From positions 1,519 to 65,518 of the forward strand of contig JAHFFT010000008.1 in assembly GCA_023247795.1 (NCBI GenBank): 64,000 nt of DNA, read 5' to 3'. This document shows positions 29,925-41,400 of this stretch, one piece after another. Every line of letters begins with the position of its first letter. The first letter of the stretch is position 1. The DNA comes from Candidatus Omnitrophota bacterium (GTDB taxonomy: Bacteria > Omnitrophota > Gorgyraeia > Zapsychrales > JANLHA01). The notes beneath the pieces were generated by a model. The model worked only from the letters and a program-made list of their open reading frames with translations. It was not told where the DNA came from and did no database searches. Position numbers and translations under genes: made by a program.

Positions 29925-30819
29925 GACTAACTCGCTTGCGGCGCTTTAAAAAAAATTTCACCAAGGCATCAGCATAAGATTGATCGGTTGAAATATCGAT
30001 ATGATCAACCCCGATCGAATTGAATAAACGGTCCCGATGCAGCAAACGCTGCTCGGATTGCCGTCGATACTCTTCTCTTGTCTTTCGATCCGAGGTATCC
30101 ACAAGTCTTAACTCCGCGGTCTCGGCATCATGAATTTGTAAAAGCCCGCAATCAGGAAGTTCGCGTTCCCTGGGATCGTTCAAAGTGATGGCGATCAGAT
30201 CGTGCCGTTTGTTGGCAATCGCCAAGGCCTTTTTGAATTTCGGTTCTCCTTTTGATCCGGATTCAAAAAAATCCGAAATCAAAAACGACACGGCCCTGCG
30301 GGTCGTGACTTTGCTCAAATATTCGAGGGCCCGGGAAATATCAGTGGCACGGTGACGCGGCTCAAAGTACAAAACTTCCCGGATCACCCTTAAAACATTT
30401 TGATTCCCTTTTCGCGGCGGGATGAATTTTTCAATTTGATCGGTAAAAATGACCAAACCAACTTTATCGTTATTGCGGATGGCTGAAAAAGCCAAGACCG
30501 CCGCGATCTCAGCGGCGAGCTTGCTCTTCAATTCATTGGCCGAGGAAAATCTCGTCGAGTATGAGGCATCGACCAAAAGCATGACCGTCATCTCCCGTTC
30601 CTCAACGTATTTTTTGACGTGGGCGCGGCCGGTGCGGGCGGTCACATTCCAATCGATCGTGCGGATATCATCACCGAATTGATACTCCCTGACCTCATCA
30701 AACTCCATGCCGCGGCCTTTGAAAACGCTCTTGTACTGGCCGGCAAAAACATCACTGACCAGCCGGTTGGTGGTGATCTGAATCCGTCGGACTTTTTGAA
30801 AAAGTTCTTTCTGTAACAT
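29917..30819 (-). CDS. DUF58 domain protein (MoxR-associated)
   Basis: G.YKSVFKGRGMEFDEVREY..GDDIRTIDWNVTAR, EERE, ISDF; start MLQKELF. Confidence 0.93.
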   Translation of the reverse strand: MLQKELFQKVRRIQITTNRLVSDVFAGQYKSVFKGRGMEFDEVREYQFGDDIRTIDWNVTARTGRAHVKKYVEEREMTVMLLVDASYSTRFSSANELKSKLAAEIAAVLAFSAIRNNDKVGLVIFTDQIEKFIPPRKGNQNVLRVIREVLYFEPRHRATDISRALEYLSKVTTRRAVSFLISDFFESGSKGEPKFKKALAIANKRHDLIAITLNDPRERELPDCGLLQIHDAETAELRLVDTSDRKTREEYRRQSEQRLLHRDRLFNSIGVDHIDISTDQSYADALVKFFLKRRKRVSRE

Positions 30820-30857
30820 ACAAAAGTGCCCCTGAGCCCCTGTTACCCGTACTCCAG

Positions 30858-31211
30858 TTAAAAAATTTTGTAAAACTTCCATAACAAACTTCCCACAGCC
30901 AACCTCGAATCCTGTAATAACTTATGATCATTCTTATCTAAAAACTGAAGCTTTTCCGAAAAATCAATCAAATATTCCGTCTCCGCTAATGACCCTAAAG
31001 CTATTGCCAAAAACTGTTTGAATTCTTTCCGACTCTTACGCGCATACCCCTCAACAATGTTTAAGGGAACTGAAAGCGAATATCTTCTCAGTTGAGAAGT
31101 AATTCCATACACCTCTTCTCTAGGAAACTTCCTTGTTATCAAATAAACCGTTCTTGCTAATTCATCTGCTTTCTGCCAAACAATCAATTTCTTATAACCT
31201 GCCTCTCCCAT
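30858..31211 (-). CDS. Four-helix-bundle protein (23S rRNA IVS-protein / TIGR02436-like family)
   Basis: L.VWQKA, T..FP.EE.YG.TSQLRR...SVP.NI.EG, F..FL.IA.GSL.E. Confidence 0.93.
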   Translation of the reverse strand: MGEAGYKKLIVWQKADELARTVYLITRKFPREEVYGITSQLRRYSLSVPLNIVEGYARKSRKEFKQFLAIALGSLAETEYLIDFSEKLQFLDKNDHKLLQDSRLAVGSLLWKFYKIF

Positions 31212-31275
31212 CACAAACCCCTTTCTTTTCTATTACTTTTTCTGGGGGACTTGTAACTGGGGACTTGTTGCTAAA

Positions 31276-32271
31276 TTATGGGACTTCGACCTCGTCAAAA
31301 ATTCGCTTAATCAAATCTTCCGATGTCTTCTCTTCGGCCTCAGCCTCGTAAGTGACAATGACCCGATGACGTAAGACATCCATCCCAATGGTTTTGATAT
31401 CTTGCGGAGTGACATATCCCCGTCCCTGCAAAAAGGCGTAAGCCCTGGCTGCCACCGCCAAATGAATGGTGGCCCGCGGCGAAGCGCCGTATTGGATCAA
31501 ACCTTTGAGTTCATTGAGCTTGTAATCCTGCGGCTGGCGGGTTGCCCCAACCAAATCAACGATATATCTCTCGATCTTCTCATCCATGTAAACTTCATTC
31601 ACCACCTGACGGGCGCGGATGATATCTTTCGGGCTGACGATCGGCCTCACGTCCGTCTTAAAATCGGTCTTAGCCATCCGACGAAGGATCGCCAGTTCTT
31701 CTTCTTTACTTGGATACGTCACCTTCAATTTCAACATAAAGCGGTCAACCTGCGCTTCCGGCAAAGGATAAGTGCCCTCCTGCTCAATGGGATTTTGCGT
31801 TGCCAAAACAAGAAACGGGTCGTCGAGCTTAAGAGTTTCCTCGCCGATCGTGACTTGCCGCTCCTGCATGGCCTCGAGCAGAGCACTCTGCACCTTGGCT
31901 GGTGAACGGTTGATCTCGTCGGCTAAAATGATGTTGGCGAAAATCGGCCCTTTTTTGATATTGAAATTCCCGGTCCGCTGATCATAAATGAGTGTTCCGG
32001 TCAAGTCCGCCGGCAGCATGTCGGGTGTGAACTGCAAACGCTGAAATTTGGTTTGGATCGCCGATGATAAGGTCTTGACCGCCGTGGTTTTGGCAAGCCC
32101 AGGGACCCCTTCGATCAAGATATGGCCGTTGGCCAAAAGACCGACGATGAGCCGCTCCAATAGCTGCTTTTGCCCGACGATGATCTTCTGCGTCTCCAGC
32201 AAAAGCGCCTCAAGAAAACTGCTTTCCTTCCTCACTCTTTCATTGATTGCCGAAATATCGAATTCTGCCAT
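31276..32271 (-). CDS. moxR: MoxR-family AAA+ ATPase
   Basis: EGVPGLAKT, QFTPDMLPAD, LADEINR, ATQNPIEQEGTYPLPEAQVDRF, GASPRA; RBS GAGGAGG. Confidence 0.96.
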   Translation of the reverse strand: MAEFDISAINERVRKESSFLEALLLETQKIIVGQKQLLERLIVGLLANGHILIEGVPGLAKTTAVKTLSSAIQTKFQRLQFTPDMLPADLTGTLIYDQRTGNFNIKKGPIFANIILADEINRSPAKVQSALLEAMQERQVTIGEETLKLDDPFLVLATQNPIEQEGTYPLPEAQVDRFMLKLKVTYPSKEEELAILRRMAKTDFKTDVRPIVSPKDIIRARQVVNEVYMDEKIERYIVDLVGATRQPQDYKLNELKGLIQYGASPRATIHLAVAARAYAFLQGRGYVTPQDIKTIGMDVLRHRVIVTYEAEAEEKTSEDLIKRIFDEVEVP

Positions 32272-32331
32272 GACCAAGCCTCCTCATTTTAGAAATGTAC
32301 TTTAACATTTTAACTTTTGGGAATGAAAAAT

Positions 32332-32360
32332 ATTTTAGATAGAAGAAGCCACAGTGTCAA
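32332..32360 (-). promoter_or_regulatory. sigma70 promoter of the moxR-bat operon
   Basis: TTGACA-17nt-TAAAAT. Confidence 0.75.
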
Positions 32361-32401
32361 GTTTCAAGACTTGAGACTTAAAACTGGTGATTCTGATAAG
32401 C

Positions 32402-32471
32402 GGAGACCGTTCCCCAAGTTAACAATAAGAGGGACTGTCCCCTAAGTTGACAATAAGAGGGACTGTCCCCT
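32402..32471. repeat. Tandem 28-bp repeat (2 near-perfect units plus 1 degenerate unit) containing GGGACTGTCCCCT
   Basis: aagttaacaataagagggactgtcccct / aagttgacaataagagggactgtcccct preceded by ggagaccgttcccc. Confidence 0.9.
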
Positions 32472-35400
32472 ACCTAGAAAGGCCTAAAAATTGTGGTAGA
32501 TTGGCTACCGGACGTATGCTAAGGATGATTGGGGTGAGGCCGTGAATCTCAATCGATTCCAAGTCCTGCGGACTGACCTGCAAATCTAGGCCTTGCCCAC
32601 GCACATTGAGATTGACATTTTGCGGATTGAAATCAATACCTCCGGTACTGCTGGATGATCCGGGGTTAACCTCTTTTGGTGTATCTGGGTTTCCGGTCTG
32701 TACAGCCTTGTTGCTGCTCTGCAAATTTTCCCAAAAACCAAACGCCTGGGGCGAGATTGTAATATTTGGATTTGTCGGAAGTTCTACTCTGCTCTTATCA
32801 TCTGAAGAAAGAAAAAAATTATCAAATGACTTCGCAATGGGTTCATGTTTTGCCAACATAACAGTGGCCAACAATTGATTGCCTTCGGAAAATTTTCCTC
32901 CCTTAGTATCGTGGGTTGTTTGCATTCCTTTAAGAACAACAAACACCTGATTTTGCTCCATCCTGGTGCCACTTAAGGATAAAGAATACATCCATTCAAA
33001 AAAATGCCCCAATTCATGCACCATGGTCTCAGTGGGTTGATGCAAGTGCCCCCTGCTGATTCCCGATTGTGAATCGATGGCATCAGCCAAGTTGGCGCTG
33101 ATATAAACAGTATTGGTCCCCACAAAGAGACCGGAAAAATAAGGATTCTCCTGGGCAAGCCTGAAGTCGGTAAACCCCACTTTCTGAGCCATACTTGCCA
33201 CCAAAACCATCAGCCTTTTTTCATTATCAGTTTCCGGCTTTTTTTCAATTTGAGTTAAGTCGAGATTTTTGATTGCCTGTAAAATTCTCGCCATATGTTG
33301 ATGCTGCGCGGCATGAGGATCTTCACTGGCACCTTGATAATCAACTCCCCGCTTCTCAGCCTCTCTCCTCGCCCTTTCCGCGTTGATCTTCTCCTGAGTT
33401 TGCAGACGGCGGATATAAAGACTGGTTTTCTCCTCTTTCCCTTCTTTCGTAAACACTTCCAGTTGAGTAAAAAACGATAAAAGCACCCTCTGCTTCAATT
33501 CCTTTTCTCCAGCATCAACGGCATCTACCCCATCAATCATTTGTTTCAGAGAATCCAATTCCCAATGTTGTACAGGGTGTTCCGGGATTTCTTCTTTATC
33601 ATCCACTTTCTCATGGGCCCTATTGATCCGCGAAATCAAATCGGTTAACGTCGTCGTTCTTCCTTCCTCCGAAGTCAAATCAATGTGATCGGCGTAATTA
33701 ACAACGTTCCAATAATTTTCATTCTGCGATGCCTCCCAGTCCTCTGGAAACGACTCAACCGGATAATTCACGTTATTCAATCGTTCAACAGCCAGGGCCT
33801 TATAAAACTCCAAGGCAATATATTTCTGAAGGACCTCTTTAAAATCGTTGTCCTCTTCTTCAAAGGCATCCCGATTCTGATCCACAGTCAAAGGAATTTG
33901 GATCACCAGACGAAGTCGATGAAAATGCCCGGTCCGGCTTTTGTTTTCTTCTCCCTCGTCGGATTTATCATCTGCCAGTAACAACTCAGGAATGAGGGCC
34001 AGCAAATAACTCTCCATTTTAAGGTCATGCACCCTCAAACCATTTTTATCAACGATCTGAATCGGCACCCCCGGATCCTCCGTTGAATAAATGCGCATTT
34101 TCCCCTCATATTTTATCATCTTCTTGGTGCGCGGATGCGGGGCAATGAAATCAGTCTCGGTTAATATCTTTTTTCCTTTAACAGTCAAAGGGCTCAGTTT
34201 GTTCGCGTCATGAATATCGTCCTTGAAAAAAATCTGAAAACTCTCATCCTGTGACATCCCAGCAAACATCTTCCAACTGCGTTTGGCCAGCATCTGATCC
34301 AACTGCGGAATGGTCTTCTTCAAACTCTTAACGCGGCGTACCATGAAGTTAGCTTTCAATTGACTCGCGTCGCAGCGACGCACCCTGGTCAAACGCACCT
34401 GATGGGCTTCCCGATCAAGAACCATCACAAACATAAAGGCCTGTCCGTCACGATCCTTGGCGATGATCTCAATGCGGTCAACGCCGGCAAACGTGGTATA
34501 TTTACCAGTCCCAAAATAACCAGAAATTTTTCCCAACTGAGCAAAGGCCTCTTTGGTGGATTTCGGAATGATCAAAGCGAGCATCTTGCCAGGTACCGGA
34601 CCGTTGCCATCATCACTGATCTCTTCAATCAACTCATTAGCTTCTTCGTCCTTATAAAATTCCACAACCATATTTTTTGCCCCGCCATCCTTGGAATTTT
34701 GTGGCAGCTCGGCCGCGTATCCACCGGCTTCCCTTTGTTTCTGGGTATAATTATCGATTTCTGCTTTCAACCACTCGTCGTCAGGATAAGCCGCGATCAG
34801 GTCCCTTTGCTCCACCAACTCATCAATGGTGTGCATGTCCGCTTCGGTTTCCGGCCTCTGTTTAAGATCAAGATTCCAATTTGTTATTTTCTCAACAGGA
34901 AGACCATAATCATCCTTCAAGACATCCTCTCCTAGCGGGTCAAGGCGTTTCTTGACCCGGACCGGGGGCGCCTGATTGGTCAACAAGACAACATAGTCAG
35001 CCGCGTTGCCCAGATCTTCTAACCGGCGCTCGTCCTTTAAGGCCCGCGCAATTTTGCCTGAATCAACCTCGGAAAACGACTGGTACCATTTTAAAAGATA
35101 TTCCCCGCTGATTTGCGGATCCAAAAATAATTTCAATTGCCCCATCACGATCTCGATCGCCTGATCTTCGGCCCGGCCGGCCTCTTGCAGAAATTCAACC
35201 ATTTTCACGATCGTGTTGATCTCCAAACGATCTCCCCGCAACCTTCTTAACTCTGCCAATAACTGGTAAATCATAGACATCTGCTGCCACTCCCGCAAAG
35301 TCTGCGGCAGCCAGCCCAACATCATCACTTCAACCGCGTGTTCATCAATCGACGTTAAATCGATCTGCAGATTAGGATTCATGGCCAATTCAAATAATCC

Positions 35401-38400
35401 TTCAAATAAACGCTGATAACAATCTTGGCGCGTAAGCGAATTATCAATACCTTTCACCTGCTGGATCAATCGATCAATCAAGGTCTGATTGGTTGCGTCC
35501 GCGTGATTTAACACCTCAACAATCCGCTTCATCCGTCTGCTGAATTCCTCAGACGGCAGACCTCGCGTGTCGACTACACTCGCTTGAGAATCTACGGCAG
35601 ACTTGAAACGCTGATGAATCCCCCGCTCCTGACGTCGGTAAAAATCCTTAAACCGCTCTGAAAATTTATTTTCCGGCGATTCCCGATATTCCCGTGGAAA
35701 AAGGGATAAAAACGGTTCATAGGCCGTTTGCGCCTCGCTGATCCACTGATCGTGTTTGGATAAAACCTGTTCTTCCCAAAACGTACGGATTCGCTTTTGC
35801 CGGGCAAGCTGTTGTGCGCTCACCCTTACCTTACGAACCTTTTCCAGGTAGCGATCGGGATAAAAATAACGAAATTCATTTTCTCCTCGACGAAACTGAA
35901 AGTTATGGCCATAGGCCTGATAGACCTCGAAGCCGGATTCGACTTCATCGGTGATGTCATAGAGATGATCGTCTTGATCCAACAAATAATACCTCTCGTC
36001 ACGGTCTTGAAAAAGAATGAACGTGTTGTCTTCATTGACAAAACCATTTTTTATATCCATCCGCGCCTCAGTCATTGCGTTAGAAAATATATTTTCGATC
36101 TGCCGATTTCCTTTATATTCAAAACCGACTTTATTGCCTTTTAAACTGCCCAAATCATTTGACCAGTTTGATGGAGACTCGAATACTACCTGGGGGTTAT
36201 TTCCAAATTCTTCAATAAACTTTTTCTGCCTTACAGTCCCCTCCCGCCCTAAAGTAATCAAATCATCCTGATCAGTGATTATAAATTTTGTATCACTGTA
36301 AATGTTATCGGTATCTTTATAATGCAAAGTATAATGATCATCTTCATCCTCGGCTGGAAATAGTGCAATCTCCCGCCTAACTAAAGTTAAATTTTTATTT
36401 TCATATTCGATCCAATATCTGGGCAGGTTGTCTTTACCACCATTGATGACTGCCAATTTATTAAATTTATTACGCCCATCCAATTTAATAGGTGCCTGCC
36501 TAGGTTCCGGGCCGATCTTGCCAGTAAGCGGATCCTTAATGAATTCATAAAAATACTCATTTCTTGAGTCATATTCTGCAATGAACAAATAAACCCTTTG
36601 GCCGTCTTCGGCGATCGAGATACTGCCATTACCGAGAAAATCTTTATCGAACTCGGCAACGGATATGATTTCCCCTGTTCCCAAATGAACAATCCGACAA
36701 TTAGCTTTCCCCAGATTAACAATGGCAAAATTTCCAGTGTGATCAATGAGAACGTTTTCCGCTGTTCCCTTAAATATTTTATTACCACTAACCAAATCCA
36801 TAACAAAAAATTCACTCGTTGACTGATCCTTAAGAATGACAACATCGGCGTGATGATCGACATATAATTCATCATAATACATATACCCGCGCGCCTGATG
36901 AGATCCCATTACATGATCAAAAATAAAAGCAGCCTTCCTGCCTTGGCTATCACGTCCTTCATGGATCGAAAAACGGCCGGAATGAGAAAAATAAATTTCT
37001 TGCGTTCCCAGGTATTTAAGTTGATTTCCCTTGCCATCGTCATAATCTCCAGGGTGGACTGTATGAAACATAGGCAGGTTATTCGGTAGATTGCGAATCC
37101 CATCCAGAACACCCCAAACACTGCCCATGGCCTCTGTTCGACGATATTTGATATACTTTCCTTTGACCTCAACTATTTGATACCCCTCAGCATTGAATAA
37201 TGAAATCCGCGCCTCCAACTTTTGCCGATCAACCTCTGGCTCGCCTTCCGGCTTTTCCTTGGTGAACGGCTTTGCCTCCTGATCAATCTTGGTTATGAAT
37301 CCATCATCAACAAAACGCAAGTAAGGATTGACATAGATGACATTTCGAGTTTTTGGATTTTCTAAAACAAAATATTTTCCATCGAATGAGACGACCGGAT
37401 AATCATTTGCGTCGGCAAATTCAGCGCTGGTCGTACCATCGGGCAGATCCAAAACCTTGAGCTGTTGACCTTCTCGGATGACGGCATACTGCCCATCGCT
37501 AGACATGGCGACCAAGTCATACTCAACTGGAGTATCTAGAACTTGGTCATCCAAAAAATCACGATAAGACAATAGCTTTCCGTTAGCAACGGTATAAAAG
37601 GCCACTCCTTCGCGATAATAAACGATATCGCCTTTAAACCGAACTTTTTCACCTGTTTTCATCTCTGTTGCTTCCTGTGCTTCGACTTGTTGTTCTATCA
37701 ACAATGGAAATTTGGGATGAATACTCGATAAAACATAAAGGAAGTTAAACAGCTTATTTTCTCCCCTATAAACTCTGCCAAGCAAAAGCTCCGTTAATTC
37801 AATTCGATTCGCGAATATTGAGGACATTGATTGACCAGTCGTATCCAACATAATCTCCCCATCTTGATCGACAAAAAACCGTCTCCCCTCCAAGGTCTCG
37901 ATGACACAAAATTTATCCTGATCGTCAGCGTCATTAAAGGAGCCGAAATTAACGGCTGTAATGTGATTAGCATTAGCGATGATATATGGATTTTGAAAAG
38001 GATGTTCCCATGTTAGTTCCGGGGTCGCTGCGGTACTAATCAGCTTATGCGCCGCGTGAATGTATATTTGGAGCTGACCAGAATCAGTCTTAAAAACCGA
38101 AAACCGCTGCTGCGGGTCAGTGTAAACATTCCGGCCGGTAACGACATTCCCATTTTCTAAATCCATCCAGTAGAACTTACCGTCCGCGGCTTTGAGTTTA
38201 GCCATATGTTCAATCTCGCCATATTCGTAACTTACAGCCTCAAAGACAACATTCTGATGAAATTGCAAATCCCAGCTATAAAATTTCCTTATTCCGTTCG
38301 TCTCCTCCAGCCACATCACAAAGAGGCCGTTTTTACTCATGCGGACATCGTGCGCGCGACGGTCCGGCTCATATTTAAGAACTTCGGCAAAATCATCGAC

Positions 38401-41400
38401 CTGTTTTTCGGTTTCGGTATCGAGCATCGTGATTAAATTTTGAGTCGATATCACTGTTTCCGGCACATAAGCATACCTGCCGTCTGGACTAATTAATACT
38501 TCTTGACCACGCACTCCCAATTCTCTCACATAATTACTGTCTAAAATTTTAAAGAGTATTTTCTTTTCTTTAATGAAAAGAACTTCCAACAAATAAAAAT
38601 TATTTCTTAGAGGAATGATTGATTTAAACCGATACCCTTCACGATTCTTGACCACCTGCCCAGAGTTGATATCAATCAATTGACCTTTGTCATCAATCAT
38701 ATACCGTTTCCGCGCTCCTTCCGGAACCCGTTGATTTGATGGAATCAGCTCCGGCGGGTCTTTGGTCAAAAATTGATTGATCGCCTCAGAATCAATCCCT
38801 CCGGTCGACCTGGCAAACCGATAAGTCAATCTTTCTAACAGTTCCACTGTCTTTTGCGGTGTTTCCACTTCATAAGACGTCACCACCGTCTCATCGGTTA
38901 AAAGTTTGATCAACTGGGCTTGCTGGTAAAGCTCGATCTGCTCGCCCATCGTTAACTTTTGCCGTTTCCTACGTTCAACCAAAGCATTGAAGCGGGCCAC
39001 AAATTTTTTCGGGATCGCCACATACCCATCACCCTTAATCCGCGGAAGGGGGTGCTTCTTTAAAAAATCAAAGGTGTTGATATCAAAATTTTCAAATTCG
39101 TTGATAGTGTCCTCTTTGAAATCCACGGCCACCAAAGGAATTTCCCGGTCTTTTCCGTCGATGTTTCGAATCAAACGAAAAACAGCGGTGTCAACAACCT
39201 CAGCGCCTAAGGCCTTCAAACTGATCTGATCGTTCCAGTCAAAAAGGTGTTTGTCCAAATAAATGGTGGGATGTCCTGTTTCCACCTGGGCGAACTGCCG
39301 ATCATGCGGCAAAAAAACATACCCTTGGCTTTGCAGGTCCGCGACCACAGCCGCGATTCTATTTTTGACCGCATCGGTGATCTTACGGACGATATACTGA
39401 TTGTCCTCATTGTTTCCAGCCAAGGCCTGTAACCCGATGATCATCATGTTGATATATTTCAGCAGCCCGACAGGATCAGCATCGAGTTCAGGATTGGCTA
39501 GCAAGCCTTCCACCATCCGCTCAACGGCAAGTTTGATCGGCCAGCGCTGCCGCGGATCGTGTTCAGAAGGAAAAATGATCCCGCTCCTTGCCTGGTTGAT
39601 CTCAACCATGATCCCAAATTCCAGCACCAGTTTCCCCGGCACAATCGCGTCTGGATTGATCTTTTCGCCGACGGGGATTGTGGTGATGACCTCCTCGCGC
39701 CGGGCGATCGCGATCTCTGACTTTTGCTTTTTCGTGTCATGGATCACCATCAATTCCTTTAACTCGTCCTCTAAATTCTGTTCGGTCACGTAAGCGGGCC
39801 TTTTCTCCCCGCCCGCGGGCACCATCATCCGACTGACAGGTGAAGCCCCCATCCCTTTACCGTTATCAATGACCTTAATTTCGCGATCATCAAAAATGAG
39901 ATTGATTTCCTTACCCGTCGACTGTTTATCTTCGATGGTCGCGGCCCTTTGACCTGCCGGCATCAGGATACGGCGATGCTCTGCGCCGTTGACGACTTCC
40001 TCTATCCCACGCAATCTGGTTTTAATGGCGATATCCTTAACATAAGCGAATCGGTCATGGATTTCTTCTTTGATGCTCGTCAAGGAATTGAGGGATTTAT
40101 GTTCGTAAGGAATTTTTCCTTTGAGCTTTACACGTATAACCGTGCCGTTTTCATAAGCATTGTTTTCGGCGGCGGCCCGAAAATCATTCCTGGAAACCGC
40201 TTTGATCTGGATATACCATTGCCCGGTTGGGACGCGCAGGATCGTGAGCTGATATGGTGTACCACCTTTCTGTAGAGTATGCACATCAATCCGGTCCTCG
40301 CCGGTCGCCTCCAGCCAGCGGATGATCTGTTTGACCCCTTTTCCAAACTGTCCGAGCCGGCCGCCCAAAGCGTCAATGCTGTTTGAGGCCGCCTCAATGA
40401 TCCCTTGTTTGCGGGCGTTGCTCCCTTGCTTAAAAACTGTCTTTTCCAGCAAGTCCGACGGTTTATAAGTACCGGCGTTGATGGCATCGATTGATTCACC
40501 GTCGTAACCGCTCAAAGATAGGTGTTGAAGGATCTGCTGATAATAATTTTTCCTTTTCCTTGGATTGTATTCGCTTTCATCCGTGATGATGTTTAATTTT
40601 TTCAAAACCGCCTTGAGTTCATCTCCCTTCAAGCTGCCCTTTTCCATCCGCTCTTGAGCACGAATGAAATGCCAAATGCTGACACCATGGAACCCCTTGC
40701 CGTCGTCGTATTCCTTGGTGGTTGGACTGTTTTTAATTTCGTCGGTGGAACTCAACATCAACTTATCCATGCTGGACGCTGGCGCGGCATCCATTTGACC
40801 CGACGCTGGTCCGACAATGTCTTGCGTCAGCGTGTCAACAATCTCGACCTCGCCGTGGGAGAGCAACGCGGCAGCACTCACAGAAGAAACTTGCCGGAAA
40901 ACCCTTTCTGTTTCAACTCCGGCATTGGTCCCGCCGCCAAAATACTTGCGCGGGATCGCGCTTTTCGAAACAGGATCGGATTCTTCCCGAATCAAGTTAT
41001 AAACCCCCTTGCGGTAAGCCTCGATATACCGTTCATAAATCTTCTGGTTCACACGCTCATCCTCAACTTGAACACCGTTGGTCTTATTCTGATTCACGTA
41101 CTTTTGGCCCAGCAAACTTGACTTAAGAGCGCGCTTGTACCACGTCGCCAAGATAAGCGCGTCATAGATCTGGCGCAGTTGACCAAAATGCGATCCCTCG
41201 TTGATTTCCTTTTCTAAGGCCGGCAAAACGATTTCGCGCATGACGGTGTTCGACAATTCATTCAATGGTTCCGCATCCTTTGCCGCTGTTGAGTCCGGTC
41301 CCTTTTGATCCTTTTGCCGATTGGCGTCAGCAGCCAAATAGTCCGCATCCAGCATGACCTTAAGGTGACTCTTGACGATATACGCGGTATTTTCGTGGGT

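Noticed and set aside
30858-31211. Four-helix-bundle gene as Avd of a diversity-generating retroelement
   Set aside because: No reverse transcriptase or TR/VR pair with adenine-specific mismatches seen in the window.
32402-32471. 28-bp repeats as a mini-CRISPR
   Set aside because: Units are directly tandem with near-identical intervening sequence (no unique spacers) and there are no cas genes.
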